This document shows positions 38,068 through 48,260 of a DNA stretch of 64,000 nt, piece after piece. The notes under the pieces are model-generated. The model searched no databases, was not told the DNA's origin, and saw nothing but the letters and a program-made list of their open reading frames with translations. The position numbers and the translations under genes are program-made. This DNA is from Myxococcota bacterium (lineage in GTDB: Bacteria; Myxococcota_A; Bradymonadia; UBA7976; UBA1532), in assembly GCA_036337435.1 (NCBI GenBank), contig JAYZEG010000024.1, forward strand, positions 1 to 64,000, in the 5' to 3' direction. Each line of letters opens with the position of its first letter. Positions within the stretch are counted from its first letter, which is position 1.

Positions 38068-38856
38068 ATGTATCGCTTCAAACTAAAGCTCCTGATTGCC
38101 TTTGGTGCCTTACTTGCTTTGAGTGGCGTCGCTTTGGCCCAGGGTCAAACGCTCCAAGCTCCAGCAGCACCATTAGATCCGTTCAGCTTACCGAAAGTTG
38201 AGATGGTTGTCGGCGGTGGAAACGGAGATTGGGTGGGCGTTCTGCGCATTCTTGGCATGCTTACCGTGCTCACGTTGGCGCCTGCAATCTTGCTGACCAT
38301 GACGAGTTTCACGCGGATCATCGTCGTTTTCTCTTTTTTGCGGCAGGCGTTGGGTACACAGCAAGCACCGCCAAACCAGGTGATGATCGCACTGGCTCTA
38401 TTTATGCCCGTATTCATCATGCAGCCAGTTTGGTCGAAGGTTCACCGAGAGGCGATCCAGCCATATTCTGCCGGAACAATGAGCCAAGCTGAAGCGATGG
38501 ATAACGCCATGGCACCCATACGCGCCTTCATGTTTAAGCACACACGCCAAAAAGACCTTGGATTATTTATCACCGCAGCAGGCGCCGACAAGCCGCGCAA
38601 TAAAGAGGATGTTTCTAACTGGCAACTGATTCCCGCCTTCGTTTTAAGCGAATTAAAGACATCCTTTCAGATGGGCTTCATGCTCTATGTCCCATTTCTT
38701 GTGCTCGACATGGTGGTTGCTTCAATTTTGATGGCGATGGGTATGATGATGCTACCGCCGATACTTATTTCGTTGCCGTTTAAGGTGATGCTGTTCGTCT
38801 TGTTAGATGGGTGGAATCTGCTCGTCGGCAGCCTGGTAGGGAGTTTCGGGGTATGA
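38068..38856 (+). CDS. fliP: Export gate protein FliP
   Basis: 'TSFTRIIVV..LRQALG.QQ.PPNQ', 'PAF..SELK', 'GMMMLPP..ISLPFK..LF...DGW'. Confidence 0.96.
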   Translation: MYRFKLKLLIAFGALLALSGVALAQGQTLQAPAAPLDPFSLPKVEMVVGGGNGDWVGVLRILGMLTVLTLAPAILLTMTSFTRIIVVFSFLRQALGTQQAPPNQVMIALALFMPVFIMQPVWSKVHREAIQPYSAGTMSQAEAMDNAMAPIRAFMFKHTRQKDLGLFITAAGADKPRNKEDVSNWQLIPAFVLSELKTSFQMGFMLYVPFLVLDMVVASILMAMGMMMLPPILISLPFKVMLFVLLDGWNLLVGSLVGSFGV

Positions 38857-39128
38857 CATCCGCATTTGTTGTTACTTTTTTTCAAGAGGCGATTCAAATG
38901 GCTGGGATGCTGTCACTGCCCGCATTGATGCTTGGCTTGGTCGTCGGTCTCCTGGTTTCGATCTTCCAGGCTGTGACTCAAATCCAAGAGCAAACCTTGG
39001 CTCTGATCCCTAAGATTATTGCCATTGTCGTTGCCCTGATGGTGTTCGGCAGTTGGATGCTTTCGCAAATGGTCTCTTATACTGAAGGTGTGTTCGCTCA
39101 GATGGCTGCAGTCGGGCTCGGCGGCTAA
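38853..39128 (+). CDS. fliQ: Export gate protein FliQ
   Basis: 'GLLVSIFQAVTQIQEQTL..IPK'; ATGA overlap with fliP. Confidence 0.95.
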   Translation: MTSAFVVTFFQEAIQMAGMLSLPALMLGLVVGLLVSIFQAVTQIQEQTLALIPKIIAIVVALMVFGSWMLSQMVSYTEGVFAQMAAVGLGG

Positions 39129-39134
39129 AACGTC

Positions 39135-39938
39135 ATGAACTTGGGGAACCTTGACTTCCACGGGATTTACGCTGTCTTCGGGCCGTGGATACTCACGTTT
39201 GTGCTCGCGCTTGTGCGGGTAGGAAGCTTGTTTATCATCGCCCCTCTCTTCTCCATGAGGGCGGTTCCATCAGTTATAAAATTGGGTGTGGTTGGGACGC
39301 TGACGCTCATGGTGATGTCGACCCTTCAGCCTCGCCTTGACCTGATGCAGTTTGGTGCATTCGAAATTGCAGGTGCTGTTTTGACGGAGGCTTTGGTCGG
39401 TGGCATCATGGGGTTTGCCGTCATGATCTTGTTTGGCGCCCTGGCTTTCACCGGTCAATTGATCGGAATTCAGATGGGCTTTGCGATCGCTAATGTTGTC
39501 GATCCATCAACTCAGCAGCAGTCGGGTATTCTGTCTCAGGTTTTGAACATTTTTGGATTGGCCTTATTTCTGGCAGTCGATGGCCATTTGGTTCTGCTAA
39601 AAGCCTTGTTTCAGAGTTTTGAGACTGTACCGCTCGGTGGGGCGGACCCGCAGCAGATGGTGCTTTTAAATGCGCTAATCAAGCAAGGCGCAGATATCTT
39701 TTCCCTCGGGCTCAAGATCGGACTTCCCGTCGTTTGCGTTGTACTGCTGGTCAATGTTGGGCTCGCGACACTCGCGAGAACCGTCCCACAGATCAATATC
39801 TTCGTTATCGGCTTTCTCATTACGATCAGTATCGGTTTGCTGCTCCTCGCATTGGCAATTCCGACGACGGGTGATGTTTTCACGAAACTGATTGAGGACA
39901 CCCTCCGTAATGGGGTGGCATTGATACAATTCTTTTGA
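39135..39938 (+). CDS. fliR: Export gate protein FliR
   Basis: 'GQLIGIQMGFAIANVVDP', 'DGH', 'RTVPQINIF'. Confidence 0.95.
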   Translation: MNLGNLDFHGIYAVFGPWILTFVLALVRVGSLFIIAPLFSMRAVPSVIKLGVVGTLTLMVMSTLQPRLDLMQFGAFEIAGAVLTEALVGGIMGFAVMILFGALAFTGQLIGIQMGFAIANVVDPSTQQQSGILSQVLNIFGLALFLAVDGHLVLLKALFQSFETVPLGGADPQQMVLLNALIKQGADIFSLGLKIGLPVVCVVLLVNVGLATLARTVPQINIFVIGFLITISIGLLLLALAIPTTGDVFTKLIEDTLRNGVALIQFF

Positions 39939-39950
39939 ATCGTACAAAGT

Positions 39951-39966
39951 TGGCCCGGTCGTTGCT
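39951..39966 (+). promoter_or_regulatory. Sigma-54 promoter upstream of flhB
   Basis: TGGCCCGGTCGTTGCT, with GG at 39952 and GC at 39964; same AAAGTTGGC context as the fliN promoter. Confidence 0.65.
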
Positions 39967-39979
39967 TGTCTAATGCAGT

Positions 39980-41095
39980 ATGTCTGATGAAGCCGGCGAA
40001 AAGACCGAAGCCGCCTCCGAAAAACGGAGGCAGGAATATCGGGAAAAAGGTGAGATTGCTCGCTCCCGCGACATCTTATCGGTCCTTGTGCTGTTTTGCG
40101 CACTTGGATACTTTTCTTTTTTCGGCGAGTTCATTCTTGACGGTTTCAGCAAAATTTTGACGCGCTACTTCAGCTTCCGACCCGACCTGTCATTAACCCC
40201 TGAAGATGTCGTGCAGATGGGCGATGAGGCAATCCTCGATATGGCACTCATTATGTCACCACTCGTCGGTGCCATCGTGGTCGTAAGCATTGTTGGTAGC
40301 CTCGCTCAGACCGGTGTGATCGTGACCACCAAACCACTGGAGCCAGACATCACTCGCCTCAATTTCTTTACCCGCTTTTTTCAAACATTCTTTAACAAAC
40401 AAGCAGTGGGCAATTTGGTGGGTAGCTTGGCTAAGATTGCTGTCGTTGTCACGGTTATCTATCTCACACTGAGTGGGGATGGCGAATACATCAAAGCAAT
40501 TTCTAGCCTGAGTCTCGAGGATGGCATCGCTTTTTTGCTGGGTCGTTGTCTAGACGTTCTCTTGAACGTCAGTATCGTTTTGATCTTTATCGCGGTCATC
40601 GACTACGCGTGGAATCGCTATGTCATGGAAGAGAAAATGAAGATGACCAAGCAAGAGGTGAAGGATGAACATAAGCAGTACGAAGGTAATCCTGAACTCA
40701 AGGGGAAGCGTCGTCGCATTGCTATGGAAATGGCCAATCAAAGAATGATGCAGGCAGTGCCCGATGCTGACGTTATCGTCAATAATCCAACACACATTTC
40801 GGTCGCTCTTCGCTACAAGCAGGGCGTTGATGCCGCGCCAGTCGTTTTGGCCAAGGGAGCCGATTTCATGGCTATGCGTATCCGGCGTGCTGCTCGGGCC
40901 AATAACATCCCGATGGTGGAGAATAAACCTTTGGCACGGAGTTTGTATAAAACAGTGAAAGTGGGCAAGCCTGTGCCATCGAAGTTTTATCGAGCTGTGG
41001 CTGAGGTACTCGCCTACGTTTACCGAGTGCGCAAGTCCAAGTCAGGGACACAGAATGTCCCTGTGAGCAATGGGCTGAGGAGTAGAGACCGATGA
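39980..41095 (+). CDS. flhB: Export apparatus switch protein FlhB
   Basis: 'EKTE', 'EG.P..K', autocleavage NPTH, 'PVVLAKG'. Confidence 0.96.
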   Translation: MSDEAGEKTEAASEKRRQEYREKGEIARSRDILSVLVLFCALGYFSFFGEFILDGFSKILTRYFSFRPDLSLTPEDVVQMGDEAILDMALIMSPLVGAIVVVSIVGSLAQTGVIVTTKPLEPDITRLNFFTRFFQTFFNKQAVGNLVGSLAKIAVVVTVIYLTLSGDGEYIKAISSLSLEDGIAFLLGRCLDVLLNVSIVLIFIAVIDYAWNRYVMEEKMKMTKQEVKDEHKQYEGNPELKGKRRRIAMEMANQRMMQAVPDADVIVNNPTHISVALRYKQGVDAAPVVLAKGADFMAMRIRRAARANNIPMVENKPLARSLYKTVKVGKPVPSKFYRAVAEVLAYVYRVRKSKSGTQNVPVSNGLRSRDR

Positions 41096-43269
41096 TGGAA
41101 AAAATCTCGAAACACAACAATCTGATATTTACCTGCGCCGTCGTCGGATTGTTGCTCCTCATGGTTTTGCCAATTCCGACATTTCTGCTGGACCTCTTTC
41201 TGGCATTGAATATCGCATTGGCTGTGACCGTACTGGTCGTCTCGTTGCACATGAAAACGGCCCTAGACTTCTCCGGCTTTCCAGCCATGCTGCTGGTCGC
41301 TACCCTGTTTCGTCTGACCCTGAACATTGCGTCTACACGCCTGATCTTATTGAAAGGGGCCGACGGTCCTGATGCGGCGGGCGACATCATTTCGACTTTC
41401 GGTAACTTCGTCGTCGGTGGCAATTATGTGGTCGGTATCATCGTATTCATTATCCTGGTCATCATTAACTTTGTTGTTATCACGAAGGGGTCGGGCCGTA
41501 TCGCAGAGGTTGGTGCTCGATTTACCTTGGATGCAATGCCCGGTAAACAAATGGCCATCGATGCTGATTTGAATGCGGGCCTGATCAGTGAGGGCGACGC
41601 CAAAAAGCGACGAAAGCAAATTGAGTCTGAAGCGGACTTTTACGGTGCGATGGATGGTGCGTCTAAGTTTGTGCGCGGGGATGCCATAGCCGGCATTTTA
41701 ATTACAGTGATCAATATCATCGGTGGGTTCATCATCGGGATGACTCAGCACGGTTTGCCGGCTGGACAAGCCGCCGCAACCTACACAATCCTCACGGTGG
41801 GTGACGGTCTGGTCTCGCAGATTCCCGCTCTGGTCATTTCTACCGCTGCTGGTATTATTGTATCGCGCGCTGCCGGAAGCTCAGACCTTGGCACTGAATT
41901 GGTCGAGCAGCTGTTCTCGGCTAAGCGTGTCATGTACATCGTCGCGGCTATTCTGTTTGGATTTGGACTGCTCCCAGGGATGCCATTTATGGTCTTCCTG
42001 GGTATCAGTGGCTTCATGATCTTTGTTGCGCGACAATCCAAAGAAGAAATTGATCCGGTGACAGGCGAATTAACACCAAGGACGACTGAGACGCCGGGCG
42101 ACAGTAACGTTCACCTCAGTGCGAATGAGGAAGGTGCTGGAGAGAAGACCGGCTCGCAGAAGATTGAAAGCCTTTTGCCACTCGACCTTCTGGAACTTGA
42201 GGTTGGCTACGGTTTAATTCCTCTAGTTGATCGAGAACAGAACGGTGAACTACTCGATCGAATCCAAAATATTAGAAAACAGTTTGCAAGCCACATGGGC
42301 ATCATCGTGCCGCCCATTCACATTCGAGACAATCTACAATTACCGCCGGGAGGTTATTCCCTATTGATCAAGGGTGTTTCCGTTGCTGAAGGCCAACTTG
42401 TTCCAGAGAGATTTCTGGCGATGAATCCAGGAGAAGTGGTCGGTACAGTACCTGGCATCGAGACAACAGAACCAGCATTTGGTTTGCCAGCCATTTGGAT
42501 TACTGAGGAGCACAAAGAGCAAGCCGACCAACTTGGATACACTGTGGTTGATTGTGCAACAGTCATTGCCACTCACTTATCCGAATTGCTCAAAGACAAC
42601 GCGCATGAACTCGTTGGTCGTCAAGAGATGCAGGAACTACTGGACTTGTTTGCGAGAACATCACCCAAGATGATTGAAGACCTTATTCCGGAAAAATTCC
42701 AGCTTGGCGATATCCTCAAAGTGGTGAAGAACCTTCTGCGTGAGCAATTGAGTGTTCGCGATTTAAGGACAATTCTTGAAGCACTCGCGGATCATGTTCA
42801 TCTCACCAAGAATACTGAGATTCTGACGGAATTTGTCCGCCAACGGCTTGCACGATACATCTCATCGCGTCTCAAAGCTGAGGATGAAATGATTCATGTT
42901 CTGACGTGCAGCGGCGACCTAGAAGAGGCGTTCCGTGGACAAATTCAGCAATTAGATGGGGATTTCCACCTTGGTGTTGCGCCTTATGTCGCAGAACGGT
43001 TGATCGCTGAGTTGGAAGAGTCGATGACGCAGATGTCAATGATGGGTCTTCAACCGGTTCTCTTGATCTCCCCCGAATTAAGGCGTCCGGTGCGTAATTT
43101 ACTCGAGAGGTTTCTTCCCCAGCTGATGGTGATATCTCATAAAGAAGTCGCGCACGGGATTCAGATCCATTCTGAGGGTGAGGTCGGTATCGGGTTGGCA
43201 GAGTTGATCGCGCCAGCCTTACCAAATCAGCCTGTTGGCGCTGCCGGCGCCGTCGCCGCCCCGGCCTGA
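41092..43269 (+). CDS. flhA: Export apparatus protein FlhA
   Basis: 'LFRLTLNIASTR', 'RIAEVGARFTLDAMPGKQMAIDADL', 'FYGAMDGASKFVRGDA'. Confidence 0.97.
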   Translation: MMEKISKHNNLIFTCAVVGLLLLMVLPIPTFLLDLFLALNIALAVTVLVVSLHMKTALDFSGFPAMLLVATLFRLTLNIASTRLILLKGADGPDAAGDIISTFGNFVVGGNYVVGIIVFIILVIINFVVITKGSGRIAEVGARFTLDAMPGKQMAIDADLNAGLISEGDAKKRRKQIESEADFYGAMDGASKFVRGDAIAGILITVINIIGGFIIGMTQHGLPAGQAAATYTILTVGDGLVSQIPALVISTAAGIIVSRAAGSSDLGTELVEQLFSAKRVMYIVAAILFGFGLLPGMPFMVFLGISGFMIFVARQSKEEIDPVTGELTPRTTETPGDSNVHLSANEEGAGEKTGSQKIESLLPLDLLELEVGYGLIPLVDREQNGELLDRIQNIRKQFASHMGIIVPPIHIRDNLQLPPGGYSLLIKGVSVAEGQLVPERFLAMNPGEVVGTVPGIETTEPAFGLPAIWITEEHKEQADQLGYTVVDCATVIATHLSELLKDNAHELVGRQEMQELLDLFARTSPKMIEDLIPEKFQLGDILKVVKNLLREQLSVRDLRTILEALADHVHLTKNTEILTEFVRQRLARYISSRLKAEDEMIHVLTCSGDLEEAFRGQIQQLDGDFHLGVAPYVAERLIAELEESMTQMSMMGLQPVLLISPELRRPVRNLLERFLPQLMVISHKEVAHGIQIHSEGEVGIGLAELIAPALPNQPVGAAGAVAAPA

Positions 43270-43295
43270 GTGATAGACACTGCTTAATGAGCTCT

Positions 43296-43326
43296 AAGGC
43301 CACCCTGTTTTGGGGTGGCTTTTTTT
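43296..43326 (+). terminator. Rho-independent terminator after flhA
   Basis: GCCACCC..GGGTGGC stem followed by T7. Confidence 0.8.
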
Positions 43327-43351
43327 ATGTGGGCAACGCTTGAAAAAAAAC

Positions 43352-43367
43352 TGGCATAGCTCTCGCA
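43352..43367 (+). promoter_or_regulatory. Sigma-54 promoter of flhF-orf-flhG-fliA
   Basis: TGGCATAGCTCTCGCA, with GG at 43353 and GC at 43365, directly after the flhA terminator. Confidence 0.7.
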
Positions 43368-43491
43368 TTATAAGGGTCGTGAACAGGCAAGGAACGCCAG
43401 CTTATGGGGTTTTGAGTCAAAGGGTGCGGCAAGTTGCTGACAGCGATTGTCGATGTTTTGACACTCAGCACATCCGGAGGGATACGAGGTA

Positions 43492-45138
43492 ATGAACGGT
43501 CAAATGTACGAACAAGCACAAGAACAGGTCTTTACCTTCAGGGGTAAGAGCATGCGTGAAGTGGTTTTACAGCTTAAAGATGCTCTTGGTGAAAATGCCG
43601 TAATACAAAGTACCCAGCGTGTCCGCGAACCGGGTGGTGGGTATGTCGAAATTACCGCACGACCGGGGCCGACACCCAGTGCACCCTCTCAGGTAAACCA
43701 GACTCAGCCCGTTCAAAAGAAACCGGTCTCCCATCAGCTCGGTCATGCCCGTGGTCCGGGGGCATATGCCCACACAGCGAAATCAACCAATGTTGATATC
43801 GCAAAAGCAACTCAGAGTGGTGTTCGAACTTTGGCTGCGACCCAGCGCTTGGTCTCTGGTAAGGAGACACCATTTGCCGAACGTGCAGCTTGGCTTGCAG
43901 CCCAAATTGAGCAGCGGCAGCGGGACGAGGGGATTTCGACGACAGCGAACGCTCCAGTTCGTGAATTACCTCCAGAATTACAAGCATTGCAACGTGGTGC
44001 GCTCCCAACCGGACATCAAGAGCAAGCGCAGACTCAGTCCGCCAGCAAGCGTCCAGTAAATTATGCTGATATCGACCCAATTACAGCGGATTTGCCTGCA
44101 GACGTTCAGCCTGCTCAACGGACCGAAGTGGATGCGCTTCGTGCTGAACTGGCAGAATTGAAGGAACTGATAACGAACCAAAATAGCAAGCTTGATGACA
44201 CAGAAAATAAACCTGAAATTGTCGCCGAATCCAAGGAGACCACAGGGGTTCAATCAGTTCTGTCGGGGCTCGAGTCCAAAATGGGCGAATTGATTGAGCT
44301 TATCCAATCGGAACAGAGTCCGAGCCAAATTACATCCCAAGAGCTGTTGTCAGATAGGTTGCAAGGAATTGGTATCCTAAAAGTCCATGCAGACGACCTG
44401 GCGTCTCGTGTGTGTCGGGCTATTCCCGAAGGCACGGTCGATGATGGAGATGTCCTCGACCTGTTAGAGGGGTTTATGAGCGATGACATCATGTGTGAGC
44501 AAAGTTTTGGTCAATCCTCAACGTCTGCCAAGGTGATGGCTTTCGTTGGCCCTACGGGTGTTGGTAAGACAACCACCATTGCAAAAGTTGCGAGCCAAGC
44601 GCGCTTAGAGGGAAAGCGCGTGGCACTCATTACCGTTGATACCTGCAGGGCCGCTGCGGTTGAGCAACTCGCTGTTTATGCGGATGTACTCAATGCACCC
44701 TTGCGAATCGTTAAGCGTGCAGATGAGCTGCGCGGTGCCCTAGATGAACTCAGCGGCCATGACCTGATCTTGGTCGACACGAACGGGCGTAATCCCCGCG
44801 AGTTAGATCAAGTTCAAGATCTCAAGTCGTTTTTTCCTTCCGATTGGGGGGGGGAATTGGTTTTGACCATTGCGTGTAGCACCCGGGAGAGCGATTTGAG
44901 GACGGCAGTCGATGCCTTCGGTGCGTTAGGTGTATCACGACTTTGCATCACCAAAACCGATGAGACGGTAGACCTTGGCGTCGTCTACAGTCTCGCACGA
45001 CGGGCATGTCGACCACTGACCTGGACGACGAATGGACAACGGGTGCCGGACGATATCGAAGTGGCAAATAGTACGGTGTGGGCGCGAGCTTTCATCGCTG
45101 AATTGAGCCGACGCGATGTCGTTAAGAAAGCGAGTTGA
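43492..45138 (+). CDS. flhF: SRP-family GTPase FlhF
   Basis: 'GPTGVGKTTTIAK', 'DT.R.AA.EQL', 'TK.DET', 'GQRVPDD'. Confidence 0.92.
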   Translation: MNGQMYEQAQEQVFTFRGKSMREVVLQLKDALGENAVIQSTQRVREPGGGYVEITARPGPTPSAPSQVNQTQPVQKKPVSHQLGHARGPGAYAHTAKSTNVDIAKATQSGVRTLAATQRLVSGKETPFAERAAWLAAQIEQRQRDEGISTTANAPVRELPPELQALQRGALPTGHQEQAQTQSASKRPVNYADIDPITADLPADVQPAQRTEVDALRAELAELKELITNQNSKLDDTENKPEIVAESKETTGVQSVLSGLESKMGELIELIQSEQSPSQITSQELLSDRLQGIGILKVHADDLASRVCRAIPEGTVDDGDVLDLLEGFMSDDIMCEQSFGQSSTSAKVMAFVGPTGVGKTTTIAKVASQARLEGKRVALITVDTCRAAAVEQLAVYADVLNAPLRIVKRADELRGALDELSGHDLILVDTNGRNPRELDQVQDLKSFFPSDWGGELVLTIACSTRESDLRTAVDAFGALGVSRLCITKTDETVDLGVVYSLARRACRPLTWTTNGQRVPDDIEVANSTVWARAFIAELSRRDVVKKAS

Positions 45139-45724
45139 TGGTGGATAACTTAACAATAGATGAAGTGCAGAACAGAACCCCCAATGCCTTTGCTGTGTTC
45201 GGTGCGGATAGAGCCATCGACAATAGCTGTATGTTGACAGCAATGGATTTACTGTGTGCTCAGCCTGGGCGTTGGTGCGATCAGTGGCTCGGACGCATCG
45301 TAAGTTCGATTGTGTCTGATGATAGCAGCGGTGTGATTCAGGAGTGGGCTCGGTTGAGGCGTCTCGATTACGAGCAGTTCGGCTTCCACATGGACACCGA
45401 CCCCGAATGCGTTATGGGTGCTGTTGCGGTGAGTAAAGATCCACGGACATGCCAAACCATTGCTCAGTGCATTTCCGAGGGGATAAAATGCATTGCAATC
45501 GACACGGCTGAACTTGACGTCATTATGCTTTCGGAGGACACTTTCGAAGCATGGGCGGGGGCATCTATTCACTCATTGTTAATGATGAAATTCGATAGTG
45601 AAACCGGTGTATTGAACCAAGCACCATTAAACGACGCTGCAGAGTCCCTATTTTCTCTGGAATCTGCTACAGTTAGAGCCAAGTTAATTGGGACTCCAGC
45701 AGCTGAAAAACGAGATGGAGATCG

Positions 45725-46528
<804 letters not shown>

Positions 46529-46535
46529 GGGTTTC

Positions 46536-47288
46536 ATGAAGCAGGGGATCCAGGCATACCAGCGACAAGCGCAAGTATCGCAGCGACGTCGCCAAGAAGA
46601 GATGGTCAAAAAGTATGCACCGCTTGTGAAGAAAGTTGCGTACCGAATGGTTCATCGCTTGCCATCATCTGTTGAAGTGGAAGATTTGATTTCTGTCGGA
46701 ACCATCGGACTCCTGCAAGCCTTTGATAATTTTGATGATAGCAAGGGCACGCGCTTCGAATCCTTTGCTGAATTTAGGATTAAAGGAGCCATGCTGGATG
46801 AGCTTCGGACCTACGATTTCATGTCGCGGGCGGCTCGCGGAAAAGCCAACAAAGTTGAAAAAGCACGAGCCATCCTAGAGGCGGATTTAGGTCGAGCACC
46901 GACCGTCGCAGAAGTGGCTGAATTGACTGAAATGACGGTCGCTGAAGTCGACTCTATCTTGGCTCAAAGTGAGCAGGTGGCGTTTCTCACACTCGATGAT
47001 TTAGGGAATCTTGCTGTCGACCAGACTGAAGTGCCTTGGGAACTTTTGACTCAAAGTCGACCTGAAGACCCCTTCGGGCACACATTTTTTCGCGAATTGC
47101 GAGACCAGCTGGTCGAAGCTCTTGAGAATATGCCTGAGCGTCTCCGTTTGGTCATGTCCTTATATTATTACAATGACCTCAACTTTAAAGAGATCGGGCG
47201 TGTATTGGACCTCACGGAGTCTCGCATCAGTCAGTTGCATCTGGAGTCCGTCAAATATTTACGGAAGAAGCTGCGGGGCGCGCACTGA
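46536..47288 (+). CDS. fliA: RNA polymerase sigma-28 FliA
   Basis: 'RLPSSVEVEDL', 'RIKGAMLDELR', 'KEIG.VL.LTESRISQLH'. Confidence 0.95.
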   Translation: MKQGIQAYQRQAQVSQRRRQEEMVKKYAPLVKKVAYRMVHRLPSSVEVEDLISVGTIGLLQAFDNFDDSKGTRFESFAEFRIKGAMLDELRTYDFMSRAARGKANKVEKARAILEADLGRAPTVAEVAELTEMTVAEVDSILAQSEQVAFLTLDDLGNLAVDQTEVPWELLTQSRPEDPFGHTFFRELRDQLVEALENMPERLRLVMSLYYYNDLNFKEIGRVLDLTESRISQLHLESVKYLRKKLRGAH

Positions 47289-47378
47289 GGTTGGCCCAAT
47301 CAACTGGGCTTCCGTGGTTCTGGGCACGTCCCAGCAGCGACCGGGCCTTGTGCGTCGCTACCGGTTGCGGGATTGCGC

Positions 47379-47702
47379 TTAAATCAGTGGTGTCGGCGCG
47401 TTGGTGTCTTCGTTCACCGGCTCGCTGTCCGATGAACTTGCCGGGCTCGCTTGCTCTAGCTGCTGCAACCGCTGAGATACAACGTGTGCGCCATCGGAGA
47501 GGAGTGCAGCATCGATTTCTTCGCGAAACCGAACTTTTTTCCCAGCGATTTCTCTCAGAGCACAAACAACATCTTTGTTCTTATTATCGATGAGGCGGTT
47601 TGCGCCTCGGTGAAGTTGTCGATATCTCTGAGCCGCTAGATGAACTAGGGCAAACTGGTCAGTCACGTTTTCGAGGCAATCTTCAACAGTAATCCGAGCC
47701 AT
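47379..47702 (-). CDS. rpoZ: RNA polymerase omega subunit
   Basis: 'MARITVEDCL', 'F.LV.LAA.R.RQL', 'ALREIA'. Confidence 0.95.
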   Translation of the reverse strand: MARITVEDCLENVTDQFALVHLAAQRYRQLHRGANRLIDNKNKDVVCALREIAGKKVRFREEIDAALLSDGAHVVSQRLQQLEQASPASSSDSEPVNEDTNAPTPLI

Positions 47703-47753
47703 TTCTGCTCTCCTGCAAGCTTTTGGTGATTAATTCAGGTTCGAAGACTTGGT

Positions 47754-47782
47754 AATATGCTGATCTAAGGCAATAATGTCAA
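47754..47782 (-). promoter_or_regulatory. Candidate sigma-70 promoter of rpoZ
   Basis: Minus strand TTGACA-N17-CATATT. Confidence 0.45.
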
Positions 47783-47808
47783 TGAATACGAATCGCCTTT
47801 AGTGAACG

Positions 47809-48249
47809 ATGAAGAAGTTTGAATTTAGACTGGCTGCTGCCTTGATGGCTCGAAATGCACATCTTGAATTGGTGCAGGGGGAGTTGGCGAATGTGAACAG
47901 TCGCTTGAATCTTGCCGAAGAACTTCTGCATAAGCGAGACAGACTCTTTCAAGAATTAGCTGGCCAGACGCCCAAGAGCGGCACATCATTCGAACCGGCA
48001 CTGGCATTACAACATCAAAGACACCTTGACCAACTACGAGAAGAAATTAAGCGTAGAACAGAAATTGTGCGGCAGTTAACAGAAGAGCGGAATGAAGCTC
48101 AAGACCGCGTGGCCGAAGCGTACAAAGATGTTCGAGCCCTCGAAATACTTCAAGAAAAAGACAAGGGGAAATGGCTTCTTGAGATGAAACGGGAAGAGCA
48201 AAAAGCGGCCGATGAATTGAATGGACAGCGGCATTTGAAGGAGACTTGA
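47809..48249 (+). CDS. fliJ: Flagellar export protein FliJ
   Basis: 146-aa coiled coil with 'MKKFEFRL' start and 'LEIL.EK.......REEQK..DE' end. Confidence 0.85.
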   Translation: MKKFEFRLAAALMARNAHLELVQGELANVNSRLNLAEELLHKRDRLFQELAGQTPKSGTSFEPALALQHQRHLDQLREEIKRRTEIVRQLTEERNEAQDRVAEAYKDVRALEILQEKDKGKWLLEMKREEQKAADELNGQRHLKET

Positions 48250-48260
48250 TGCCACGCTCG

